64,000 nucleotides of DNA from Candidatus Dormiibacterota bacterium (GTDB taxonomy: Bacteria > Vulcanimicrobiota > Vulcanimicrobiia > Vulcanimicrobiales > SCRA01), in contig DATLUD010000034.1 in assembly GCA_035533275.1 (NCBI GenBank), positions 28,067 through 92,066 of the forward strand, read 5' to 3'. A program made the position numbers and the translations under genes. Positions 17,560-26,780 of the stretch are shown one piece after another. The notes beneath the pieces are model-generated. The model saw only the letters and a list, made by a program, of their open reading frames with translations. It searched no databases and was not told where the DNA came from. Position 1 is the first letter of the stretch; each line of letters begins with the position of its first letter.

Positions 17560-19898
17560 CGTCTCCCCGCCTTTCCGTTTCCTTCGTGAGCGTTGAGGGC
17601 GCGCCACACGCGCTCGGGCTTGCACGGCATGTCGAGATGCACCACGCCGAAGGGCGCCAGCGCGTCCACCACGGCGTTGACCACCGCCGGCGTCGAGCCG
17701 ATCGTGCCCGCCTCGCCGACGCCCTTGACACCCATCGGGTTGACGTCGGTGGGCGTGACGGTGTGGCCGGTCTGATAGTGCGGCACCTGGTCGGCGTGCG
17801 GAGCGGCGTACTGCAGCAGCGACCCGGTGGCAAGCTGGCCGTTCTCGTCGTAGACGACCTCCTCGAAGAGCGCCTGCGCGAGCCCTTGGGCAATGCCGCC
17901 GTGCACCTGCCCTTCGACGATCAGCGGGTTGATGATGTTGCCGCAATCGTCGACGGCGACGTACTTGACCACCTCTACTGCTCCCGTTGCCCGCTCGATC
18001 TCCACCACGCAGACGTGGGTGCCGAACGGATAGACGAAGTTCGGCGGCTCGAAACGGCGCGTCGCCTCCAAGCCCGGCTCCATGTCGGGCGGGAGATTGA
18101 TGCCGCGAAAGGCCGCGAAGGCGACCTCGCCGATCGACGTCGACTTCTGCGGATTGCCCTTGACGGTGATCTTGCCGTTCTTGAACTCGAGGTCGGCGAC
18201 GTTGGCCTCCATCGTGTGAGCCGCGATCTTCATCGCCTTCTCGCGCACGGTATCGAGCGCGCGATAGAGCGCCGCGCCGTCGACGGCCGTGCTGCGCGAG
18301 CCGAACGTGCCGATGCCATACTGCACGATCGCGGAGTCTCCGTGCAGCACCAGCACGTCGTCGATCGGAACGCCGAGACGATCGGAGACCATCTGCGCGA
18401 AGGTCGTCTCCTCACCCTGGCCGTGGGGCGAGGCACCCGTCATCACGGTCACGCGCCCCGTCGGCTCGACGCGAACGGTAGCGCTGCCCCAGCCCGGGGC
18501 CGGCAGAGCCGAGGATGGCCCCATGCCGCAGACCTCGACGTACGAGGAGATCCCGATGCCGAAGATCCGCCCCTCGGCGCGCGCGCGCTCCTGCTCCTTG
18601 CGCAGTTCGGCGTAGCCCGCGAGCTGCAGCGCCTTGTCGAACGCGGCATGATAGTCGCCGGTGTCGTAGGTGAGGCCCAGCGCCGTGGTGTACGGGAACT
18701 TCTCCTTGGGGATGAAGTTGCGCCGCCGCACCTCGGCGGGATCCATGCCGAGCTTACGCGCCACCAGATCGACGGCGCGCTCGATGAGGTACGTCGCCTC
18801 GGGACGCCCGGCGCCGCGGTAGGCGTCGGTCGAGGCCTCGGTGGTGAAGATGCCGGTGAGCTTGCAGTGGACGTTCTCGATCGTATAGGGGCCGGGCGCC
18901 ATCAGCACCGTGAACGTGGGAATCCCCGGCGTCAGGAGCTGATAGTAGGCCCCCATGTTCGCGAGGATCTCGACCTTCAAGCCGGTGATCTTTCCGTGCT
19001 TGTCGGCGGCAACGTGAATGTAGTCGATCTGATCGCGGCCGTGGACGGCGATCATGAAGCTCTCGCTGCGCGTCTCGACGTATTTCACGGGCATGCCGAG
19101 CGCGCGCGAGGCGAAGGAGCAGGCGATCTCCTCCGCATAGACCTCGAGCTTGCTGCCGAACCCGCCGCCGACCTCCGGCGCGATGGTCCGCACCTTGTGC
19201 TCGGGGATGCCGACGAGGCCGGCGATCTGCGTGCGCAGCAGATGCGGGATCTGCGTCGAGGACCACAGCGTGAGCTGTTGCGGTCCCTTCTCCCAATGCG
19301 CCACCATGCCGCGCGGCTCCATCGAGAGCGGCGCCAGACGCTGGTTCACCAGGCGCTCCGAGACGGTGACGGCGGCATTCTCGAAGGCCGACTCGACGTC
19401 GCCGCCGGAGGCTTCCATGGTGTAGGCGACGTTGGTGCCGAACTCTTCGTGGACGTAGGGCGCGCCCTTGACGGCCTGCTCGAGATCGACGACGGCCGGG
19501 AGCTCCTGGTAGTCGATCTCGACGAGATCGACGGCGTCCCGCGCTGCGGCGGCGGCATTGGCTACGATCATGACCACCGGCTCGCCGACGTGCGCGACCT
19601 TGCCGCGCGCCAACGGCGGGTGCTTGGGCACCTTCATGTCCGGCAGCTGCGCCGCCACGGGGACGTCGCCGACGCCGGCGAGATCGTCCGAGGTGTAGAC
19701 GGCGAAGACTCCGGGGCTGGCTTTGGCGGCGCGCGTGTCGATGCTGCGGATCTTCGCATGGGCGAACGGCGACCGCGCGAACGCCGCGTAGGTCATGCCG
19801 GCGAGCTTGACGTCGTCGACGTAGGTTGCGCCGCCGGTGATGAGGCGAGGGTCCTCGCGCCGCGTGATGCGCGCACCCATCATGCTGGTGAAGGCCAT
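17556..19898 (-). CDS. molybdopterin-binding large subunit, form-II CoxL-like
   Basis: 780 aa. The active-site loop reads AYRGAGR (18804-18824, checked codon by codon), not the AYxCSFR of form-I CO dehydrogenases. Confidence 0.9.
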   Translation of the reverse strand: MAFTSMMGARITRREDPRLITGGATYVDDVKLAGMTYAAFARSPFAHAKIRSIDTRAAKASPGVFAVYTSDDLAGVGDVPVAAQLPDMKVPKHPPLARGKVAHVGEPVVMIVANAAAAARDAVDLVEIDYQELPAVVDLEQAVKGAPYVHEEFGTNVAYTMEASGGDVESAFENAAVTVSERLVNQRLAPLSMEPRGMVAHWEKGPQQLTLWSSTQIPHLLRTQIAGLVGIPEHKVRTIAPEVGGGFGSKLEVYAEEIACSFASRALGMPVKYVETRSESFMIAVHGRDQIDYIHVAADKHGKITGLKVEILANMGAYYQLLTPGIPTFTVLMAPGPYTIENVHCKLTGIFTTEASTDAYRGAGRPEATYLIERAVDLVARKLGMDPAEVRRRNFIPKEKFPYTTALGLTYDTGDYHAAFDKALQLAGYAELRKEQERARAEGRIFGIGISSYVEVCGMGPSSALPAPGWGSATVRVEPTGRVTVMTGASPHGQGEETTFAQMVSDRLGVPIDDVLVLHGDSAIVQYGIGTFGSRSTAVDGAALYRALDTVREKAMKIAAHTMEANVADLEFKNGKITVKGNPQKSTSIGEVAFAAFRGINLPPDMEPGLEATRRFEPPNFVYPFGTHVCVVEIERATGAVEVVKYVAVDDCGNIINPLIVEGQVHGGIAQGLAQALFEEVVYDENGQLATGSLLQYAAPHADQVPHYQTGHTVTPTDVNPMGVKGVGEAGTIGSTPAVVNAVVDALAPFGVVHLDMPCKPERVWRALNAHEGNGKAGRR

Positions 19899-19913
19899 GG
19901 TGACCTCCTCGTA

Positions 19914-20411
19914 TCAGCGGGCCGCGATTTCGACGCGCTCGCTTTGGCGCATCGACTTCGCGGCGTGCTGCACGGCTTTGACGATGTTCTGGTAGCCGGT
20001 GCAGCGGCAGAGGTTGCCCGAGATCGCCTCGCGGATCTCCGACTCGGTGGGATCGGAGTTGCCCTCCAACAGGTCACACGCCGAAAGGATCATGCCCGGC
20101 GTGCAGTAGCCGCACTGCAAGCCGTGCTCCTCCCAAAACGCCTCCTGGACGGGATGGAGCCTCTCCGTGGTGCCGATGCCTTCGATGGTGGTGACTTTGC
20201 CGCCGTCGACCTGCGCCGCAAGCAGGGTGCACGACTTCGCGGACTTGCCGTCGACGAGGACCGTACAGGCTCCGCACGACGACGTGTCGCAACCGACGTG
20301 CGTGCCAGTCAGTCCGAGCGTCTCGCGCAGAAAGTAGACGAGGAGGGTGCGGGGCTCGACTTCACCCTTCCACTCCTTGCCGTTCACGGTCACCGAAATC
20401 GAACGTTTCAT
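19914..20411 (-). CDS. (2Fe-2S)-binding small subunit (CoxS-like)
   Basis: Start at [11 protein letters not shown], with a GGAGG RBS. Has [11 protein letters not shown] and CGYCTPG cluster motifs. Confidence 0.9.
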   Translation of the reverse strand: MKRSISVTVNGKEWKGEVEPRTLLVYFLRETLGLTGTHVGCDTSSCGACTVLVDGKSAKSCTLLAAQVDGGKVTTIEGIGTTERLHPVQEAFWEEHGLQCGYCTPGMILSACDLLEGNSDPTESEIREAISGNLCRCTGYQNIVKAVQHAAKSMRQSERVEIAAR

Positions 20412-20498
20412 GGTGACGCCTCCAGCGATCGATGAGGGAAGGGCGCCTTTCAACGCGAACCGAGACCCGTCCCTGCGTCATCTAAGGAGACTTCATCC

Positions 20499-21353
20499 GT
20501 GAACGAGCCGGCCTCGATCGAGGAGATGCTCGCGCGCCTTCGCCAAGTGGAATATCTGCCCGACACCGGACTCGCCACGGCGCTGCACCTTGCCGTCCGC
20601 TTGCGGCATCCGCTGTTGTTGGAAGGGGAGGCCGGCGTCGGCAAGACCGAAGCCGCCAAGGCCCTGGCACGCGTACTCGACCTACCGCTCATCCGCTTGC
20701 AATGCTACGAAGGACTCGACGTCCACGACGCCGTCTACGAGTGGAACTACGGCCGCCAGCTCTTGGCGATCCGGCGCAGCGAGGCGGGCGGCGAAGCCGC
20801 CCCCGACCTCTACGGCGAGGAGTTCCTGATCCGCCGGCCGTTGCTGCAAGCGCTCGACGGCGGCGTGCTGCTGGTGGACGAGCTCGACCGAGCGGACGAC
20901 GAGTTCGAGGCCTACCTGCTCGAGTTTCTCGGCGAGTTCTCCGTGACGATTCCCGAGCGCGGGGTCTTGCGCGCGGCCTCGCCTCCCGTGGTGATCCTCA
21001 CCTCGAACCGGACGCGCGAGCTGCACGACGCGCTGAAGCGCCGCTGCTACTATCACTGGATCGAGTACCCATCGCCCGAGCGCGAGCTGGAGATCCTGCG
21101 CACCCGGCTCCCGGCGCTGGGCGAAGCGCTCACCCGCGACGTCGCCACGGCCGTGGCGCGCCTGCGCGGGTTGGAGCTGCGCAAGCCGCCGGGCATCGCA
21201 GAGTCGCTCGACTGGGCCCAGGCGCTCGACGCGCTCGGCATCGAGCGGCTCGACGCCGAAGCGGCCGAGCGGACGCTCGGCATGGTGCTCAAGTATCGCG
21301 AAGACGCGGAGTTGGTGATCGGGCGCGGTCTCGCCGCCGCGGTCGGAGCGTAG
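20499..21353 (+). CDS. MoxR-type AAA+ ATPase (CoxD-like)
   Basis: GTG start after AAGGAGA. Walker A is GEAGVGKT and Walker B is LLVDELDRA. Sits beside a VWA gene and the cox genes. Confidence 0.85.
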   Translation: MNEPASIEEMLARLRQVEYLPDTGLATALHLAVRLRHPLLLEGEAGVGKTEAAKALARVLDLPLIRLQCYEGLDVHDAVYEWNYGRQLLAIRRSEAGGEAAPDLYGEEFLIRRPLLQALDGGVLLVDELDRADDEFEAYLLEFLGEFSVTIPERGVLRAASPPVVILTSNRTRELHDALKRRCYYHWIEYPSPERELEILRTRLPALGEALTRDVATAVARLRGLELRKPPGIAESLDWAQALDALGIERLDAEAAERTLGMVLKYREDAELVIGRGLAAAVGA

Positions 21354-21359
21354 ATCGGC

Positions 21360-22490
21360 ATGTCCGACCGCGGGCTGGCGGCGGTGGTCGGCTTCGCCCG
21401 CGCGTTGCGGGAGGCCGGCGTGCGCGTGCCCGCGGGAGCGGCCCGCCTCTGCGCCCAAGCGCTGGGCGCCCTCGACGCCACCCGGCCGCGCTCGCTCTAC
21501 TGGGCGACTCGGCTGAGCATGCTGCGCCGCCACGACGACCTCCCCGCCTTCGAGCGCATCTTCCAGGCCTATTGGGCGAGCGCGCACGAGCTGGTCCTGG
21601 CCGAGGCGCAGGAGCCGGAGCGCACGGCCCTCCAGGTGGTGCCGCTCGGCGAGGGCGCTCCCGAGGAGGCCGATGACGAGGACGAAGAGCCTCTGCCCGC
21701 CTCGTTGGCCTCCTCGCTGGAGCGCTTGCGGGAGACGGACTTCGCCGAGTACACGGACGAAGAGCACCGTCTCGCGGCGCGCCTGGTCGAGGGGCTGCGG
21801 ATCACGATGCCCGTGCGCCGCTCGCGCCGCACGCGGCCGGCTCCGCATGGGCGCCACGTCGATCTCCCCCGCACGCTGCGGCGCAGCCTGCGCACGGCCG
21901 GAGATCCCGTGCACCTGGTCTATGCGCGGCGGCGCACCCGCGCGCGCCCGCTCGTTCTGCTCTGCGACGTCTCCGGCTCGATGAGCGCCTATAGCCGGGC
22001 GCTCGTGCAATTCTTGCGCGCGGCGGTGGAGTCGCGCGCGCGGGTGCGCGTGTTCGCCTTCGGCACCCGGCTGGCGGAGCTGACGCATCCGCTTTCCAAA
22101 GCCACGCGCGACGAGGCGCTGCGCGCCGCCGCCGCGCGCTTCGACGACTGGGGCGGAGGAACGCGCATCGGCGCCTCGCTCCAAGCCTTCGTGCGCGAAT
22201 ACGCGCAGCGCGGCGTCGCGCGCGGGGGCGTGGTGGTGATCCTCTCCGACGGCTGGGAGCGCGAGGACCCGGCGCTGGTGGGAGAGCAGATGCACCGCTT
22301 GCGCCTGCTCTGCCACCGCATCATCTGGGTAAACCCGAACAAGAAGGACCCCAGGTTCGAGCCGCTCGCCGCGGGCATGGCCAGCGCCCTGCCGTACGTC
22401 GACGCCCTGGTCGCGGGTCACCACCTGCGCGCCCTCGAAGACCTGCTGGCGCTGGTGAGACGCTTGGGAGACGAGGAGTCGAGACGGTGA
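21360..22490 (+). CDS. VWA-domain protein (CoxE-like)
   Basis: 376 aa. C-terminal VWA with a MIDAS-like LLCDVSGSM. Position after the coxD-like gene is typical. Confidence 0.8.
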   Translation: MSDRGLAAVVGFARALREAGVRVPAGAARLCAQALGALDATRPRSLYWATRLSMLRRHDDLPAFERIFQAYWASAHELVLAEAQEPERTALQVVPLGEGAPEEADDEDEEPLPASLASSLERLRETDFAEYTDEEHRLAARLVEGLRITMPVRRSRRTRPAPHGRHVDLPRTLRRSLRTAGDPVHLVYARRRTRARPLVLLCDVSGSMSAYSRALVQFLRAAVESRARVRVFAFGTRLAELTHPLSKATRDEALRAAAARFDDWGGGTRIGASLQAFVREYAQRGVARGGVVVILSDGWEREDPALVGEQMHRLRLLCHRIIWVNPNKKDPRFEPLAAGMASALPYVDALVAGHHLRALEDLLALVRRLGDEESRR

Positions 22491-23587
22491 AGGACATCTT
22501 CGAGCAAGTCGATCGGTGGCGGCGCGACGGCCGCAGCGTCGTCGTGGCGACCGTGGTGCAGGTGGTGCGCTCCGCCCCCCGGGGCCCCGGGGCCGCGATG
22601 GCCGTGAACGAGCTGGGCGAGGTCGCCGGATCGGTTTCGGGCGGCTGCGTGGAAGGGGCTCTGGTCGAGGAGGCGGAGCGCGTGCTGGCCGACGGCAAGC
22701 CGCGCCTGGTGAGCTACGGCATCTCCGACGAGCAGGGCATCTCCGTGGGCCTCACCTGCGGCGGCACGATCCATCTCTTCCTCCAACCGCTCTTCGCGGA
22801 GTTCCCCGCCCTGGCGGAGGCGCTGCGCCGTGACGACCCGATCGCGCTGTGCGTGGAGATCGAAGGCCCGGACGCCGGAGCGACGATGCTGGTGAGCCGC
22901 GACGGCGAGGCGCAAGGGGTGCTCGGCAATCCCGACCTCGCCCACCGCGTGCTCGAGGACGCGCGCTCGTGCATCGCGCGCGGCACCACCGTCGTACGCG
23001 AGTACGGTCTGCGCGGTGAGCCGCTCGAGAGCGGCGTGCGCGCCTTCATCGACGCTTTCGTCCCGCGGCCCGACCTCTACATCTTCGGCGCCGTCGACTT
23101 CAGCCGCGCCCTCGTCACGCTGGGCAAGTATCTCGGCTATCGCGTGAGCGTGGTCGACGCGCGGCGCACCTTTGCCACGCGCCAGCGCTTTCCGGACGCG
23201 GACGAGGTGGTGGCGGCTTGGCCGGACGAATTCCTGGCCAAGGCGCGCGTCGACGAGCGCACGGCCATCTGCGTGCTCACGCACGACCCGAAGTTCGACG
23301 TCCCCGTCCTCAAGCTCGCGCTGCGCACGCGGGCGGGCTACATCGGCGCGATGGGGAGCCGCGGCACCCACGAGCGGCGCATGGCCGCGCTGCGCGCGGA
23401 GGGCGTCACCGAAGCGGAGCTGGAGCGCGTGCGCGCGCCGATCGGCCTGGACATCGGATCGACCACGCCGGAGGAGACCGCCGTCGCGATCGCCGCCGAG
23501 ATCATCGCGCTGCGCACGGGACATCCCGGCGGCTTCCTCCACGGCGGCGCGGGGCCGATTCACCGCCAGCGCGAGCACGTCTCGTAG
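22487..23587 (+). CDS. XdhC/CoxI-family molybdenum cofactor insertion protein
   Basis: GTG start in a GTGA overlap. Has VVATVVQVVRSAPRGPGAAMAV and GSVSGGCVE. The C-terminal Rossmann-like half contains YIFGAVDF. Confidence 0.85.
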   Translation: MKDIFEQVDRWRRDGRSVVVATVVQVVRSAPRGPGAAMAVNELGEVAGSVSGGCVEGALVEEAERVLADGKPRLVSYGISDEQGISVGLTCGGTIHLFLQPLFAEFPALAEALRRDDPIALCVEIEGPDAGATMLVSRDGEAQGVLGNPDLAHRVLEDARSCIARGTTVVREYGLRGEPLESGVRAFIDAFVPRPDLYIFGAVDFSRALVTLGKYLGYRVSVVDARRTFATRQRFPDADEVVAAWPDEFLAKARVDERTAICVLTHDPKFDVPVLKLALRTRAGYIGAMGSRGTHERRMAALRAEGVTEAELERVRAPIGLDIGSTTPEETAVAIAAEIIALRTGHPGGFLHGGAGPIHRQREHVS

Positions 23588-23602
23588 CGCCGGGCGATCA
23601 GG

Positions 23603-23608
23603 TATAAT
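23603..23608 (+). promoter_or_regulatory. perfect TATAAT -10 hexamer 6 nt upstream of the coxG-like ATG (candidate leaderless promoter)
   Basis: Sequence is ggTATAATcgccccATG. There is no Shine-Dalgarno motif between the hexamer and the ATG. No convincing -35 hexamer. Confidence 0.35.
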
Positions 23609-23614
23609 CGCCCC

Positions 23615-24076
23615 ATGGAGATCACCAACACGGCTCGCGTCGAGGCGCCGCTGACGAAGGTCTGGGAGGTGCTGCGCGACATCCCGCGCACGGCCCGCTG
23701 TCTTCCCGGCGTGACGCTCAAGGAGCAGATCGACGCGAACACCTACGCGGCCGACGCCACGGTCAAGGTCGGACCCGTCCAGCTCACCTATCGCGCGACC
23801 CTGCGCGTGGAAGCGATCGACGAGGCCGCGCACGCCGCCGTCATGAGCGTCGAGGCCACGGACACCAAAGGACGCGGCAACGCCGCCGCGACCGTGCGCA
23901 CCTCGGCCGCCGCCGACGGCGATGCCACGGCGATCACCGTGGTCGCCGACGCGCGCATCGCCGGCGTCCTCGCGCAGTTCGGAGGACCGATGATACAGAG
24001 CGTCGCGGGACGCCTCCTGGGACAGTTCGCCGCCAACGTGCGCGACGAGGTCGCGCGCGGGACCGGCGCGGCATGA
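23615..24076 (+). CDS. SRPBCC-fold CoxG-like protein
   Basis: 153 aa beginning MEITNTARVEAPLTKVWEVLRDIP, typical of the CoxG family N-terminus. Confidence 0.8.
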   Translation: MEITNTARVEAPLTKVWEVLRDIPRTARCLPGVTLKEQIDANTYAADATVKVGPVQLTYRATLRVEAIDEAAHAAVMSVEATDTKGRGNAAATVRTSAAADGDATAITVVADARIAGVLAQFGGPMIQSVAGRLLGQFAANVRDEVARGTGAA

Positions 24077-25026
24077 GCGACGGCAGCGATCGCGTCGCCG
24101 TCGGGGTCGACCTCGGCGGCTCTCACGTCATGGCCGCCGTGGTCGACGAGCACGGCAAGATCGGCACGCGCCGCGAGATCGACCTCACGGATCTCCAGCC
24201 CGCCAACGTCGTCACGGCCCTGGTCGGCTGCGTTCGGCAGGCCCTTGCCGACGCCAAGGGGCGCACGGTGGCCGGCATCGGCATCGGCTCGCCGGGCCGC
24301 ATCGACGTCCGCACGGGCACCGTGCGCTACTCGCCCAACTTCGCCTGGCGCGACGTGACGCTCGGCGCGATGGTCTCCAAAGAGCTCCAGACCAACGTGC
24401 AGGTGATCAACGACGCGCGCGCGGCGACGCTGGGCGAGCACACGTTCGGCGCCGGGCGCGGCACGCGCAACTTCGTCATGCTCACGCTGGGCACGGGCAT
24501 CGGCGGCGGCATCGTGATGGACGGCAAGCTGGTCTTCGGCGATGGCTGGACCACCGGCGAAGTGGGGCACCATCAGATCCGCGCGCACCATGGATTCGTG
24601 TGCAGCTGCGGCAAGACCGGCTGCTTCGAGGCGCACGCCTCCGGCACCGGACTGCTGCGCCATCTGCTGGACGTGGCGCCGTCCTTCCCGCGCAGCACGC
24701 TCTCGCACAAGGCGCGCAAGCTGGGTTCGAAGGCCGTCCGCGAGGCAGCGCAGGCGGGCGACCGGCACGCGCTCGAGGCGTGGAGCCGCTGGATCGGCGA
24801 CCTCGCGATCGGCCTCGCGAATCTCGTCTCCATCCTCAACCCCGAGCGCATCGCGTTGGGCGGCGGCGTCTCGAAGGCCGACGAGTTCATGCTCGCGCCG
24901 CTGGTCCCGCGCGTGCGCGCGCTCACGACGATGGCCGATCCCGAGGGCTTCCAGATCGTGGCGGCGGAGCTGGCCAACGACGCCGGCGCCATCGGCGCGG
25001 CCACGTACGTCCTCCGGGGCACGTGA
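24073..25026 (+). CDS. ROK-family sugar kinase (glucokinase-like)
   Basis: Has GVDLGGSHV, LTLGTGIGGG, and the zinc motif GHHQIRAHHGFVCSCGKTGCFE. ATGA overlap with coxG. Confidence 0.85.
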   Translation: MSDGSDRVAVGVDLGGSHVMAAVVDEHGKIGTRREIDLTDLQPANVVTALVGCVRQALADAKGRTVAGIGIGSPGRIDVRTGTVRYSPNFAWRDVTLGAMVSKELQTNVQVINDARAATLGEHTFGAGRGTRNFVMLTLGTGIGGGIVMDGKLVFGDGWTTGEVGHHQIRAHHGFVCSCGKTGCFEAHASGTGLLRHLLDVAPSFPRSTLSHKARKLGSKAVREAAQAGDRHALEAWSRWIGDLAIGLANLVSILNPERIALGGGVSKADEFMLAPLVPRVRALTTMADPEGFQIVAAELANDAGAIGAATYVLRGT

Positions 25027-26282
25027 CTCCGGGCACGGCGGCCGGATCGCCGTTTCTGCTCGGGGTCAACTACTGGCCGCGCGCGAGCGCGATGGCCTGG
25101 TGGAGCCGCTTCGATCGCGCGGCGTTCGACGACGACTGCGCGCGCATCGCGGAGCTGGGCATGCGTCTGGTGCGCCTCTTCCCCCTGTGGGAGGAGGTGC
25201 AGCCCGAGCGCGATCGCGTCGACGAGCGTGCCCTCGCGCTGGTGGACCACGCGCTCGACGCCTGCGCCGCGCACGGTCTGCTGGCCATGCCCACGCTCTT
25301 CACCGGCCACATGTCGGGCGTCAATTGGCTCCCCGCATGGGCCCTCGACCCCGCGACCCCCGGCGGACGCTTTCGCACGATCTCGGGCGGTAGGCAACGC
25401 GCCTGCGGCGCAGGCGACCTCTACGCCGACGAGAGGCTGCTGCGGGCGCAGCTGCTGCTCGCGCGCCGCCTGGCGGAGCGTTGGCGCGGGCACCCCGCGC
25501 TCTTCGCCTTCGATCTTGGCAACGAGTTCTCGAACGTGCGCGAGCCGGCGCGCCCCGGCGATGCCGCCCTCTGGAGCCTCCGCCTGTGCGAGGCACTGGC
25601 CCCCGCGGGGGTGCCCGTCACTGGGGGGCTGCACGGCGAGGACCTGGAGCGCGACCGCGGCATCCGCCCCTCGACCATCGCGCGGCCGTGGGCGCTGGCG
25701 ACGATGCACGGCTACGCGATCTACTCTCTCTGGTCACGCGGCCGCGGCGACGCCGCTGCCGTCGCCTTCCTGGGAGCGGCGATGCGCGCCCTCCAAGGGG
25801 GCAAGCCGCTGATCTTCAGCGAGTGGGGCGGCCCGCAGTGCCCGCCGGGGACGCGCTCCCCCAGCGAGTACGTCGTCCTTCCCGGTCAAGGCGCAGGCGA
25901 GGCGCTGGCACCGGAGAGCCGAGGCGCCGATCTCGCCCCGTACGCCTGCTACGGCGAGGAGGAGCTGGCCGACTACGCCATGGCGGCGCTGGAGCGCCTC
26001 CACCGCGAAGGGGCCTTGGGAGCGCTCTACTGGTGCTGGAGCGACTACGATCCCGCGCTCGCCGAACGCCCGCCGTTCGACCAGGCCCCCTGGGAGCTGC
26101 GCTTCGGCCTCTGCGATGCGCGGGGCGGGCTCAAGGAGATCGGCCGGCGCCTGCGTACCTTCGCACGCGGCCTCCCCGTCGTGCAGGAACCGCGCCTGTT
26201 CGACGTGGACGAGACCGCCTGGTACGCGGACCCGCCGCGCGCGCTGCGCGAGGCGTACGCGCGCTATCTCGCCGAGGAGTAG
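25023..26282 (+). CDS. clan GH-A glycoside hydrolase (GH5-like)
   Basis: GTG start in a GTGA overlap. Has GVNYWP, an acid/base motif LGNEF and a nucleophile motif IFSEWG. Only the 3' two-thirds of the 560-aa ORF is used. Confidence 0.65.
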   Translation: MTPGTAAGSPFLLGVNYWPRASAMAWWSRFDRAAFDDDCARIAELGMRLVRLFPLWEEVQPERDRVDERALALVDHALDACAAHGLLAMPTLFTGHMSGVNWLPAWALDPATPGGRFRTISGGRQRACGAGDLYADERLLRAQLLLARRLAERWRGHPALFAFDLGNEFSNVREPARPGDAALWSLRLCEALAPAGVPVTGGLHGEDLERDRGIRPSTIARPWALATMHGYAIYSLWSRGRGDAAAVAFLGAAMRALQGGKPLIFSEWGGPQCPPGTRSPSEYVVLPGQGAGEALAPESRGADLAPYACYGEEELADYAMAALERLHREGALGALYWCWSDYDPALAERPPFDQAPWELRFGLCDARGGLKEIGRRLRTFARGLPVVQEPRLFDVDETAWYADPPRALREAYARYLAEE

Positions 26283-26288
26283 AGGTTC

Positions 26289-26729
26289 GTGCTGGAAGAG
26301 GAGTCGGCATCGGTCTCCCCGATCGCTTCGGAGCTCTCGGATCAGGTGCTGGAGAACGCGCGGCTGTTGGCCGAGCGCCGCCTTTCGCGCACGTTGAACG
26401 CGTTGCCGCTGGCCGAACGCGCCAAGCGCGTCGCCGATCACGTCCGTCACGTCGGGCGCCGCATCGCGCGCGAGGTGGAGCGCTTGGCGCCGGGCCTGGT
26501 CGAAGTTGAGGAACGCGCGGTGCGCTGCGCCGAGACGGGGCGCGCCATCGCCGTGCTGGTGGATGGCGAGCGAGTGGTCATCGAGCGGAGCTGGCTCACC
26601 GGGCGGCAGCGGCGCCAAGCGGTCGAGGAGATCCAAGTCGACGACGACCTGCTCTACGTGCGCCTTTCCGAGGGCGGCGGCGAATGGGCAAGCATCTGGG
26701 AGCTCGTCGGCGAGATCCTTGAGGAGTAA
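26289..26729 (+). CDS. hypothetical protein
   Basis: 146 aa with GC3 about 87% and acidic termini. No recognisable motif. Confidence 0.6.
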   Translation: MLEEESASVSPIASELSDQVLENARLLAERRLSRTLNALPLAERAKRVADHVRHVGRRIAREVERLAPGLVEVEERAVRCAETGRAIAVLVDGERVVIERSWLTGRQRRQAVEEIQVDDDLLYVRLSEGGGEWASIWELVGEILEE

Positions 26730-26739
26730 GCGCGGCGGC

Positions 26740-26757
26740 GTGCCAGCCGCCTGGCAC
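26740..26757 (+). terminator. short GC hairpin GTGCCAG-ccgc-CTGGCAC
   Basis: Perfect 7-bp stem 10 nt after the stop at 26729. No U-tract. It lies 23 nt before the helicase start. Confidence 0.3.
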
Positions 26758-26780
26758 ACCGGTGCGGTAGGCTCCGATTC

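Noticed and set aside
17586-20435. 949-aa plus-strand ORF
   Set aside because: It is antisense to the CoxL-like and CoxS-like genes. The composition is dominated by R/G/A/D/L and no domain signature is present.
20499-22490. MoxR AAA+ ATPase plus VWA protein as a possible stand-alone defence or novel two-gene system
   Set aside because: The pair sits divergently next to CoxS-L-M and is followed by xdhC-like and coxG-like genes. This is the established CoxD/CoxE maturation context.
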